Below are positions 55,243 to 64,000 of a stretch of 64,000 bases of DNA, in pieces (within the stretch, counting starts at the first letter, position 1; each line of letters opens with the position of its first letter). The notes under the pieces are model-generated. The model made no database searches. It was not told where the DNA came from and saw nothing but the letters and a program-made list of their open reading frames with translations. The translations under genes and the position numbers were made by a program. Source of the DNA: Myxococcota bacterium (lineage in GTDB: Bacteria; Myxococcota_A; Polyangia; Nannocystales; Nannocystaceae); the NCBI GenBank assembly GCA_039028615.1, contig JBCCHT010000011.1, positions 160,001-224,000 on the forward strand, given 5' to 3'.

Positions 55243-57435
55243 ATGTTGCGGCTCACCCCCGTGCGGTTGGCGATCACGGTTTGGTGTGTAGCCGTCGTGG
55301 CGTGTGTCTTGCGCTTCCGTCCGCCCGCGCTCGAAGGCGATCAAAGCGAGCACTTCGCGGGGCAGCACGCCCACGAGACATTGCGACGCCTGCTACCCGA
55401 TGATCGCCCGCACCCGCTGGGCAGCGACGCGCACGTGGCCATGCGCGCGCGCATCGAGGCGGAGATCCGTGCGTTGGGCTACGAGCCGACCGTGCGCGAG
55501 CACTGGTCGTGCTCGCGGTGGGGCCAGTGCGGGCGGGTCCGCAACATCACCTTCGAGATCCCCGGTGAGCGCCACGAAGCGGTGCTCTTCGTCGCCCACA
55601 GCGACAGCGCGATGGCGGGGCCGGGCGCGGCCGATGATGCGCATGCGGTCGCGATCCTCTTGGAGCTGGCCCGGCACATCCAGCGCGGCACGGCGACGCC
55701 ACGCAACACCATCGCGTTTCTGATCTCCGATGGCGAAGAAGAGGGCATGCTGGGCGCGGGCAGCTTCGTCGAGCACGATCCGCTCGCCGGTCGGGTGGGC
55801 GTGGCGGTGAACCTGGAGGCGCGCGGCAATGCGGGGATCTCGATGCTCTTCCAGGCGCTGGGCGAAGATGCGTGGCTGATCGATGCCTACGGGCAATACG
55901 CGCGAGCGCCCTACTCGACGTCGTTGGCTCAGGTCGTCTACGAGCTGATGCCCAACTACACCGATCTCACCGTGTTGCGCGGCGGAGGGATCGCCGGCGT
56001 GGACTTTGCGTTCATCGACGGAGTGTCGGCGTATCACTCCCCGCTCGACACCGTGGACAACCTCTCGCCGGGCGCCCTGCAGACACAGGGCGACAACGCG
56101 CTGGCGATGCTGCGAGGGCTGGGCTCGGCCGACCTTCGCGACCGACCTTCGGGGCACTCGGCATGGTTCGATCTGCTGGGAGTGGCGTTGATCCGCATAC
56201 CGCGAGGAGCCGTGTTCCCGATCGCGCTGGCGAGCTTCCTGCTGGTCCTCGGTGGCTGCGTGGTGCTGCGACGGCAGGATCGAGTCACGGCGCGATCGAT
56301 GGGGGCGGCCGCGGGAATCGCCGCGTTGGTCATCCTCGGAGCTGGGTTGGGTGGGGCGTTGCTGAGCTGGGCGGTCTCGATGTTCGATGGCGAGTCCGGA
56401 GCGGTCGCCGTACATCCCTGGCCGTCGGTCGTGGCGATGGGGCTGGTCGCCATCGCGGTGCAGATCGCCATGGTTCGGGGCTCGACGCGCTCGGCTCTCG
56501 AGACCATCGCCGGTCTGCTGTTGTGGGTGACGACGCTGGGCGTGCCCATGGCGTGGTTCGCTCCCGGAGCCGCGTACTTGCTGGTGATGCCGCCGCTGGT
56601 CTTCGGGGTCACCGTGGCGGTGGTCTCCCTCGGTCGTGCGTCACGGTGGTCGTCGGCGTGGCCGTGGGGCTGCGCGGTGGCGGGCTTCGTGTCGCTGGCG
56701 CTGTGGCTCCCCACGCTGCACGGGTTGCGTCTCGCGCTCGGCGTGAACCCGGGGCTCGCCGTGGTCGCGGCGCTGGCCGGTCTGTGGTGCGGGCCCTTGT
56801 GGGTGGGCACCGATCGTCGGGTCGCGCCGACCTTCGCCGCGGGTGCCGTGATCGTGGCGTTGTCGACGCTCGCCCTCGGGGGTCACGACGCGGAGCATCC
56901 CCGTCGCCAATGGCTGACCCGTGTCCTAGGGGCCGACGGCAGCGCTCGAGTGCTGCGAGCCCCCGGAGCGGTCGCCGATGCCCGACTGCGAATCAAGGGA
57001 GACGAACTGGGCGAAGAGGCGCATGAAGCCGCGGCCGAGATCGCCACGCTGCCTCCGCCGCAGATGCTCGACGCCACGCTCAGCCCCGCCGTGACTCCCG
57101 GTCGCCAGCCCATCTCGGTGCTTCTCCAGAGCCCCCGCGGCGCCCCCTCGATCATCGTGTCGATCCCCAAGGCGGCGGGGCTCCAAGAGCTCTACGTCGA
57201 AGATGCCGTGGTGCCGCTGTCGTCGGCGCGCAAGGGCGCGACTCGGGTCGAGATCCACGCGGTCCCGACCGAGGGCGTACGGATCGAGGCCATCCTCGAG
57301 GATCCGCGTCAGCCCTGGCGCATCGCCGATCGCAGCCCGTGGCTCGATCCACCCACGGGCCTCCGCGCCCCCGATGCCCACCGCTCGTGGGATGGCGACA
57401 CGACCTGGGTGGTCGCCGAGGCCGCGCTCCAGTGA
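55243..57435 (+). CDS. M28 family membrane metallopeptidase
   Basis: AHSDS, GAADD, DGEEEGMLGA, NLEARG, YHSPLD; multiple TM helices. Confidence 0.9.
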   Translation: MLRLTPVRLAITVWCVAVVACVLRFRPPALEGDQSEHFAGQHAHETLRRLLPDDRPHPLGSDAHVAMRARIEAEIRALGYEPTVREHWSCSRWGQCGRVRNITFEIPGERHEAVLFVAHSDSAMAGPGAADDAHAVAILLELARHIQRGTATPRNTIAFLISDGEEEGMLGAGSFVEHDPLAGRVGVAVNLEARGNAGISMLFQALGEDAWLIDAYGQYARAPYSTSLAQVVYELMPNYTDLTVLRGGGIAGVDFAFIDGVSAYHSPLDTVDNLSPGALQTQGDNALAMLRGLGSADLRDRPSGHSAWFDLLGVALIRIPRGAVFPIALASFLLVLGGCVVLRRQDRVTARSMGAAAGIAALVILGAGLGGALLSWAVSMFDGESGAVAVHPWPSVVAMGLVAIAVQIAMVRGSTRSALETIAGLLLWVTTLGVPMAWFAPGAAYLLVMPPLVFGVTVAVVSLGRASRWSSAWPWGCAVAGFVSLALWLPTLHGLRLALGVNPGLAVVAALAGLWCGPLWVGTDRRVAPTFAAGAVIVALSTLALGGHDAEHPRRQWLTRVLGADGSARVLRAPGAVADARLRIKGDELGEEAHEAAAEIATLPPPQMLDATLSPAVTPGRQPISVLLQSPRGAPSIIVSIPKAAGLQELYVEDAVVPLSSARKGATRVEIHAVPTEGVRIEAILEDPRQPWRIADRSPWLDPPTGLRAPDAHRSWDGDTTWVVAEAALQ

Positions 57436-57445
57436 GAAACGCTCG

Positions 57446-59374
57446 TCAGGTGCAGGTGCCGGTCGGCGTGCCGCACTCCCCTGCGCCTTCGCAGACTCCG
57501 CTCTCGCACTCCGCATCGAAGCGGCACTCGGCCCCCGACACGATGCCACCGGGGCAGTAGGCCGCGCCGCACTCCTCGGGATAGGCGGCGATGCGCTCCG
57601 CGACCGGAGGCTCGGGCACGACCCCCGAGGCGTCGAGATCGTCGGTGGCCTCGGCCGGGCCGGAGCGCTCGCCCTCCGCCCGCTCCCACATGCGCACGAA
57701 GTCGTCGGCGGAGCGCCGCAGCGGCTCGGTGTCGCTGCCCAGCTGGTCGAGGTCGTCGAGCAGATCGGTCAGCAAGCCAATATGCCCCAGGCCCATCTCG
57801 TCGAAGCCGGTACCCAGGGGCGTGCTGCCTTCCCGCTCGTCGCGAGCCTGGCACTGGGCCTCGAGCGGGAACGAGGCCGAGCAGGCATCGGGGCCGAAGC
57901 GCGGCCGCGTCTGCTGGATGAACCCGTTGAGGTCCGAGCCCATACCGATGGAGACCTTCAGCCCGAGGCGACCGAAGTCGTAGGCCTGGGCGAAGGAGCG
58001 GCTCGAGCCGTGGCACGTGTTGGAGACGGCCGAGCCCTCGTAGCCGTTGACCTCTTCGTGGGCGGTACGCAGGCCCACCATGCCGCCGGTCTCGCGCAGC
58101 ATCTCGATCACCCAGGCGGGGGTGGTCTTCTCCTCGACTTGCTTGTCCGCGAGCATGATCTCGCGGAAGTGGGCGTGGGACAGATAGATCGGGAAGTAGT
58201 CGCTCTGAACGGACAGCTCGTAGACGTCGCGGATGCTCGCCTCCGACAGGTGTGCCGCGTCGATCAGCATGCCGCGATCGATCATCTCCTGGACCAGCTC
58301 GCGGCCTTCCCCGGTCAGCCCCTTGACGTTCTTGCACTCCGAGTCGACGTCGAAGCCCAGCGTCACCGACTCGGTAGTGAGCCCACAGTCCTCGTCGATG
58401 TGGCAGCTCTCCACGTACTGGGCGATCTGGAAGATCGGGTTGTGCGGCGCCGCCCCACCGAAGCGATTGTCGAGCTGGTGCACGGGCTGCAGCGTGCGAA
58501 CGCCCAGCTCGTACAGCTCCTCGAACTGCGGTCGCCAGTCGCCGCCCTCCATGATGTGCGAGGTCTCGACGCTGAGGATGAACGCCAGCTTGTCCTCGGA
58601 CACGATGCGGCGCATGTCGGCGGCCGTGAGCGCGACCTCGACCCAGTCGTTGGCGTCGGCGAAGGCGTTGGCGGCCTGCAGCTGCACCCGTATGTCGTCC
58701 ATCTCGTTGCAGTCGGGGCGCTCGACGTTCTCCTCGGGAATGGCCATGCACAGCCAGTCGAGCGACACGGCCGAGATCACGGCCACGCGCAGGCCGGCCG
58801 CGTGCGCGTCGGCGAGCTGCTCCTCCCAGACCTGCTGATGCGCGATGGCGTCCCAGCGCGGCCAACCTTCGAAGTTCGGGAAGCCGCTGGTGCGATCGAG
58901 ATGCCGCCCCGTATCCCCCTGCGTCCCGGGAATGATGCTGATGAACTCGCTGACCAGCGGCCCTCCGCTCGCGAGCGTGCCCACCAGCGGGACCAGCTGC
59001 TCGAGCTCTTCGAGGGGCATGTCCTCGCAGGTGCCGAGCAGCGGAGCCAAGTCGTCGCGCAGACGACCGTGGTCACCCGGCGAGCCACCGTCGCACGGAC
59101 CGATCGCCGAGCTGCCTGCGCCATCGTGCGTGCCGTGGAACCAACCCCCGCCGAACGCATGCTCGGCGAACATGTGAAGGTGGAGATCGGCGACGCCCAT
59201 CAGCGGCTCGGCGGGCTCGGTTCCGACCGTGTCGTCCGCTCCTTCACTGCCAGCGGTCGTGCCCGCGCCCTCGGTCGCCCCCGACTCGGCCGAGGGCGTC
59301 TCGTTGCTCTTGCACGCCCCTGCCGACACCAACAGAGACGCAACGACTAATTTGACCGACCGACCAGTCAACAT
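57446..59374 (-). CDS. Membrane dipeptidase (M19)-like amidohydrolase lipoprotein
   Basis: ADLHLH, HQLDN, GLTGEG, IDAAHLS, YLSH, GSDLNG; Cys-rich tail. Confidence 0.8.
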   Translation of the reverse strand: MLTGRSVKLVVASLLVSAGACKSNETPSAESGATEGAGTTAGSEGADDTVGTEPAEPLMGVADLHLHMFAEHAFGGGWFHGTHDGAGSSAIGPCDGGSPGDHGRLRDDLAPLLGTCEDMPLEELEQLVPLVGTLASGGPLVSEFISIIPGTQGDTGRHLDRTSGFPNFEGWPRWDAIAHQQVWEEQLADAHAAGLRVAVISAVSLDWLCMAIPEENVERPDCNEMDDIRVQLQAANAFADANDWVEVALTAADMRRIVSEDKLAFILSVETSHIMEGGDWRPQFEELYELGVRTLQPVHQLDNRFGGAAPHNPIFQIAQYVESCHIDEDCGLTTESVTLGFDVDSECKNVKGLTGEGRELVQEMIDRGMLIDAAHLSEASIRDVYELSVQSDYFPIYLSHAHFREIMLADKQVEEKTTPAWVIEMLRETGGMVGLRTAHEEVNGYEGSAVSNTCHGSSRSFAQAYDFGRLGLKVSIGMGSDLNGFIQQTRPRFGPDACSASFPLEAQCQARDEREGSTPLGTGFDEMGLGHIGLLTDLLDDLDQLGSDTEPLRRSADDFVRMWERAEGERSGPAEATDDLDASGVVPEPPVAERIAAYPEECGAAYCPGGIVSGAECRFDAECESGVCEGAGECGTPTGTCT

Positions 59375-59659
59375 CGAATCAACCTACCGGAGCGCTCGTT
59401 CTTCGGTCAAGCGATGGCCGGACATGATCGTTCCGGGACACGTCGCGTTCGTCGACCGCAGCGCCCTGCCATCGTGCAAAAGCGTTGAGTGCGAGTCGGG
59501 AGGCTGCAGCGCGATGGGCGACGACCGAGCGCATCCCCGGGTGCCCGCACCGACGAAGTACGTTGTTGGACCAAGCGGGCGATTGTTTGGAGCTTCATCA
59601 CAGGTTGTTCACGTCAGTGTCATCCGGGTCGCCTACACTCCGCGCCGACGGCCTGCGCA

Positions 59660-61099
59660 ATGAAGAATGTGACTCAGCGACTCATCGTGGTGTCCAACCG
59701 CTTGCCCGTGGCCGTCACCGAGACCGACGAAGGCTCACGGTTGATGCCGTCGCCCGGCGGCCTGGTCACCGCGCTCGGACCGGTGCTGCGCGAACGTGGC
59801 GGCCACTGGATCGGCTGGCCCGGCGCCACCTCCATGACCCCCGACGCCGATCAGGTGGGCGCGCTGGAGACCGAACTCGGCTATCGCCTGCACTCGATTC
59901 CGCTCACCGAAGAGCAGATCGACGGCTACTACCACGGCTTCTCCAACGAGGTGCTGTGGCCGCTGTTCCACGACTTCATCGGTCGCTGCAACTTCGATCC
60001 CTCGCACTGGCCGATGTACCGCGAGGTCAACGAGACCTTCGCCAAGAAGGTGGCCGAGGTCTCCGAGCCCGACGACTACGTCTGGATCCACGACTACCAG
60101 CTCATCTTCGTGGCCAAGGAGCTCGCCCGCATGGGAGTCGAGCGGGACATCGGGTACTTCCTGCACATCCCGTTTCCCTCGCCCGACATGTTCTTCAAGA
60201 TGCCGCGGCATCAGCAGGTGCTCGAAGGGCTGCTCGAGTACGACCTCATCGGGTTCCAGTCGCCTCGTGACAAGCGCAACCTGCTCGACTGCGTGCGCGA
60301 GCGGGTCCCGGGGGCGATCATCGAGGACGCGGGCGACGAGCGCTGCCGCGTGCGCCTCCCCAACGGTCGCAACATCCTGGTGGGGTCGTTTCCCATCAGC
60401 ATCGACTACGACGACTTTCTCAACCGCTCGGTGGAGAACGAGGTCTCCGAGATCGTGGCGCGAGTGCGGGCCAGCATGCCCAACCGCACCATCATCCTCG
60501 GGCTCGATCGTCTCGACTACACCAAGGGCATCCCGCATCGGCTGCGGGCGCTGGGCAACGCGCTCGAGCGCTACCCCGAGCTCCATCGGCGCCTGAGCTT
60601 GCTGCAGGTGGTCATCCCCAGCCGTACACTGGTGGACGACTATCGGCAGCTCAAAGACGAGATCGATCGCCTGGTGGGCAAGATCAACGGGGCCCACGCG
60701 CGGGCGGGGTGGACCCCGATCCACTACCTGTTCCGCAGCCTCGATCCGGCCGAGCTGCTCGCCTACTACCGCGTCAGCGAGGTCGCCCTCATCACGCCGC
60801 TCAAGGACGGGATGAACCTGGTCTGCAAGGAGTACTGCGCGTGCAGCCTCGAGGGCAGCGGGGTGCTGATCCTCAGCGAGTTCGCGGGCGCGGCGTCGCA
60901 GCTGGCCGACGGGGCGCTGATCGTCAATCCGTTCGACATCGAGGAGGTGGCGGACGCGATCTACAAGGCGGTAGTGATGCCAGAGGCAGACCGGCGGCCA
61001 CGGATGGACCAGCTGCGGTCGATCATCCGCGAGCACGACGTGCACCGCTGGGTCGAGGACTATCTCGGGGCCGCCGCGCAGGCGCGCGCCGACGCGTGA
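59660..61099 (+). CDS. otsA: Trehalose-6-phosphate synthase
   Basis: [50 protein letters not shown]. Confidence 0.95.
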   Translation: MKNVTQRLIVVSNRLPVAVTETDEGSRLMPSPGGLVTALGPVLRERGGHWIGWPGATSMTPDADQVGALETELGYRLHSIPLTEEQIDGYYHGFSNEVLWPLFHDFIGRCNFDPSHWPMYREVNETFAKKVAEVSEPDDYVWIHDYQLIFVAKELARMGVERDIGYFLHIPFPSPDMFFKMPRHQQVLEGLLEYDLIGFQSPRDKRNLLDCVRERVPGAIIEDAGDERCRVRLPNGRNILVGSFPISIDYDDFLNRSVENEVSEIVARVRASMPNRTIILGLDRLDYTKGIPHRLRALGNALERYPELHRRLSLLQVVIPSRTLVDDYRQLKDEIDRLVGKINGAHARAGWTPIHYLFRSLDPAELLAYYRVSEVALITPLKDGMNLVCKEYCACSLEGSGVLILSEFAGAASQLADGALIVNPFDIEEVADAIYKAVVMPEADRRPRMDQLRSIIREHDVHRWVEDYLGAAAQARADA

Positions 61100-61100
61100 C

Positions 61101-61883
61101 TCAGCCGCGGCCGACCAGGCGACGCAGGAACACCTCGACCGCGGCCGGATCGGCGAGGCCGTAGCGGGCGGCGGTGTCCCACTGCGGCTGCCCCACGAAG
61201 ATTCCGACCCCGTGCTCGTGCACTTGGGCGAGCGCATCTTCGTCGGTGAGGTCGTCACCGATGAACAACGCGACGGGAGCGGTGCCTCCCGTGGTGGTGG
61301 CGAGGCGCTCGCTCAGCCAGCGCACGGCAGCGCCCTTGTGCCAATCGAGGGTGGGACGCAGCTCGAAGACCTTCTTGCCCGTGCCTTTGCGTAGGCTCGG
61401 GTGCTCCGCGATGATCTCGTCGATGCCGGCCTCGATCTGCGCCGCTGCGGCCGGGTCGACGAGACGGACATGGATGGCGATCGACAGGCCCTTGTGCTCG
61501 ACCACCACGCCTTCGACCCCGGCCACGAGCGCATCGACCCGCTCCCGGAGCGACGCGAAGGTGGGCCGTAGGGTGGGATCGGGCTCGAAGCGGAAGTCCG
61601 GGCCCTCGATCTCCAAGCCGTGGTTGGTGGCATAGGCGAGCGTGGGGATGCCGACGAGCGCCCGTGCGTCGTCGAGGCCGCGGCCGGTCACGATCGCCAC
61701 GAAGTGCTGCGCAGCCAGGTGCTGCACGGCCTCGCGCATGGACGGATCCATGATCGCGTCCTGGGGGCGAGCCTGGATCGGGGTCAGGGTCCCGTCGTAG
61801 TCGAGGAAGACCGCGACGGGAGCCCCCTGCAGCCGTGCCTGCAGGGCGTCCCAGTGCTCGAGGGCGTCGGGGAGTACGGGCAT
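61101..61883 (-). CDS. otsB: Trehalose-6-phosphate phosphatase
   Basis: FLDYDGTL, VTGR, GKKVFELRP, KG, FIGDDLTDED. Confidence 0.95.
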   Translation of the reverse strand: MPVLPDALEHWDALQARLQGAPVAVFLDYDGTLTPIQARPQDAIMDPSMREAVQHLAAQHFVAIVTGRGLDDARALVGIPTLAYATNHGLEIEGPDFRFEPDPTLRPTFASLRERVDALVAGVEGVVVEHKGLSIAIHVRLVDPAAAAQIEAGIDEIIAEHPSLRKGTGKKVFELRPTLDWHKGAAVRWLSERLATTTGGTAPVALFIGDDLTDEDALAQVHEHGVGIFVGQPQWDTAARYGLADPAAVEVFLRRLVGRG

Positions 61884-61896
61884 CGCGGAGCCTACG

Positions 61897-63045
61897 CTAG
61901 TAGGGATAGCCGGGAATCGCCACGTCGACGGAGTAGAGCGCCTCGCCGTTGTTGGGGTCGCCCGCGGTGATGAACAGGGTGCGCCCCTCGGAGCCGCCGA
62001 ACGCAGAGTTCGTGACGCTGGGCGCGACCATGATGACACCCAGCTCGGTCCCGCCCGGGTCGACCACGCGCAGCTGCCCCTGGTTGTGGATGCTGACGTA
62101 CAGGTTGCCCGCGCAGTCGACCGCCATGCCGTCGACCGAGTTCAGCCCCAGCGCGCCCGCGAACTGAGTGCCCGCGCCCAGCGTGCCGTCGGCGGCCACG
62201 TCGTAGCGCATCACCCCCCCGGGCGTGCCCACGTACAGCAGCGACTCGTCGGGCGACAGCGAGATGCCATTGGGCATCGACTGGCTGCCGTCTTCGAGGT
62301 GGATGTTGCCCTCGGGGTCGATGCGGTAGATGCCGGTCTGCCCCTGCGGGTTGGGGTTGCTCGCCTGCCACGACGGATCGGTAAAGTAGATCGTGCCGTC
62401 CGAGCGCAAGGTGAGGTCGTTGGGCGAGTTGAGGCGCGTGCCCTCGTACTCGGCCACGATGGAGGTGCGGGTGCCGTCGAGCGCGAAGCGGGAGATGCCG
62501 CCGTCGTCGTGGGTGCCCGCGAGGATCATCCCGTCGGCGTCGACGGCCAGGCCGTTGCTGCCGCTCCCGGTGATGAACTCCTCGAGCGTGCCGCCTTCGG
62601 TGTAGCGAAGGATCGAGGATTGCGGCTCGGGGCCGGGGCCGAAGTGCGACAGGTACAGCGCGCCGTCGATCCACACCGGGCCCTCGACCAGGCCGCCCGG
62701 GTAGAGGTTGATCCCCGTGTTGGGCAGCTGCGTTGCGGTGACCTCGGGACCAATCAGCGGGGAGTCGGCGTAGGGCCCCCCGGGGCAGATCGCGGGCGGA
62801 GGCTCGCCGGTCTCGGAGGTGTCGTCCTCGCTGCCGTCGGTGGTGTCGCCCGGCGGCGTCGCGTCGCCGGTCTCGGTGGCGGTCGACTCGACCGAGCCCG
62901 GACCGCTCCCCGAGGAGTCGGACGGCGGGTTCAGGGTGGTGGTGGGCGTGCCACCGTCGGTGGCCATGCCTCCGTCGTCCCCGCAAGCGAGGGCGAGCAG
63001 CGAGGATGCGAGGCAGGTGAAGCGAAGCAGAGTAGAACGCGGCAT
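61897..63045 (-). CDS. SMP-30/gluconolactonase family lipoprotein
   Basis: EGPVW, SNGL, LNSPND, PNGISLSPD, DGMAVDCAGNLYV; ALAC lipobox. Confidence 0.9.
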   Translation of the reverse strand: MPRSTLLRFTCLASSLLALACGDDGGMATDGGTPTTTLNPPSDSSGSGPGSVESTATETGDATPPGDTTDGSEDDTSETGEPPPAICPGGPYADSPLIGPEVTATQLPNTGINLYPGGLVEGPVWIDGALYLSHFGPGPEPQSSILRYTEGGTLEEFITGSGSNGLAVDADGMILAGTHDDGGISRFALDGTRTSIVAEYEGTRLNSPNDLTLRSDGTIYFTDPSWQASNPNPQGQTGIYRIDPEGNIHLEDGSQSMPNGISLSPDESLLYVGTPGGVMRYDVAADGTLGAGTQFAGALGLNSVDGMAVDCAGNLYVSIHNQGQLRVVDPGGTELGVIMVAPSVTNSAFGGSEGRTLFITAGDPNNGEALYSVDVAIPGYPY

Positions 63046-63053
63046 CGGTCGGA

Positions 63054-64000
63054 TCACTCGGAGGGCTCGTCGTTCGCGAAGTCGGCGAGGTTGGGCATGC
63101 GGCCGCTCATCATCATCAGGGACATCGCGGTCCACGAGCGCTGGTAATAGCGGCTACGCGTGGTCAGGTCGAGGCCGGCCACCCGCTCGGCGGCGCGGTC
63201 GATGAATTCTTGGTTCTCGGCGTCCGCCATCGCCCCCACGCCCGCGCAGCCGAGGAACACGGCGCTCTTGGTGGGCTCGTCGGAGCGCTCGTCCGGGCGC
63301 GGCGTGCCATCGAGCGCGTAGCCGTCGACGATGTCGTCCGCCCCGATCGACGTGTAAAAGGCGTTGATCTTGTCGAGATACGCCTTGGCGCGCGGCTCCT
63401 CGTTGTAGCACCAGTCCTGACCGATGCGGAACGGGATGCGGGCGGAGTCGTACTGCCAGTTGTCGTCGGGCAGCTGCGTCGGATCGTTGGGCGTGGGCGG
63501 TCGCGGCACGCCGTCGAAGTCGCACCACGCGGGCACGAGGCCGTTGTCGGTGTTGCCGTTGTCCTCGTTGAGCGAGTTTTCGATGATCTCGTAGCTGGTG
63601 TCGATGACCGCCTGCCAGCCCTCGACGTTGTCGGTCACCTCACCGAACACGCGATAGTACGAGGGAGCGAAGTACGAGGGGTTGGTCTGGGCGTAGCCGC
63701 CCCAGCCGTCGCCGGGCTTGAGCACCGACCAGCCATGGTCGACCTCCCACTGGAAGACCGTCTCGATCTGGCGACGGGCCAACACGCCGTAGGTCTCGTC
63801 CAGGCTGCCCTGCCCGCCCCACTTCTTCTCGGCCATGAGCAAGGCCCAGGCAATGTCTTCGTCGGAGTCGGTGGCCGCTCCGCAGGTCAGCTCGGGGTCG
63901 AGCCCGGGACACGCCTCGGTGCCCGTCGGGTCGATGTACCACATCATCAACCCGTGGTTGTCGAGCCACAGCTGCGAGTACTGCCACAGGTCATCGAAGA
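63054..64000 (-). CDS. Glycoside hydrolase family 8, 5' part outside the window
   Basis: GLMMW..AATDSDEDIAWALLMA..W; NPSYFAP; GLVPAW; YDSARIPFR. Confidence 0.85.
   Translation of the reverse strand, partial: FDDLWQYSQLWLDNHGLMMWYIDPTGTEACPGLDPELTCGAATDSDEDIAWALLMAEKKWGGQGSLDETYGVLARRQIETVFQWEVDHGWSVLKPGDGWGGYAQTNPSYFAPSYYRVFGEVTDNVEGWQAVIDTSYEIIENSLNEDNGNTDNGLVPAWCDFDGVPRPPTPNDPTQLPDDNWQYDSARIPFRIGQDWCYNEEPRAKAYLDKINAFYTSIGADDIVDGYALDGTPRPDERSDEPTKSAVFLGCAGVGAMADAENQEFIDRAAERVAGLDLTTRSRYYQRSWTAMSLMMMSGRMPNLADFANDEPSE

Overview
High-GC (about 70% by spot counts) bacterial chromosome segment with a gene repertoire typical of Myxococcota, probably Nannocystaceae-like (inference): many Cys-rich or Thr/Gly-linker lipoproteins, an ECF sigma/Ser-Thr kinase-TPR pair and an Oar-like TonB-dependent receptor. 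Recognisable genes include the Hen1-Pnkp RNA repair pair, orn, a PLP-dependent Ser/Thr dehydratase, a GT39/ArnT-like transferase, a SWIM-SNF2 helicase, a Grx4-IscA-rhodanese fusion, MscS, GH92 with a FucP/GluP-type transporter, TetR with a P450, M28 and M19-like peptidases, otsA/otsB and a truncated GH8. The standout is a 4.36 kb lower-GC cassette (about 21552-25953) bounded by an exact 45-bp direct repeat that duplicates the 3' end of the SNF2 gene. It has its own sigma70-like promoter and three overlapping genes: a calcineurin-like phosphoesterase, an ORC/CDC6-like P-loop ATPase and a protein that looks like a tandem CARF-like Rossmann fold. It encodes no integrase and is a candidate nucleotide-centred anti-phage/conflict system. 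Other notable items are a bilobed pepsin-like aspartic protease lipoprotein, a ferritin-like (DUF455)-ATP-grasp fusion, a C-terminal beta-barrel-like domain shared by two otherwise unrelated proteins, and tandem TetR-type operators. No tRNA, rRNA or CRISPR array was seen. All calls come from reading motifs by eye; no searches were run.
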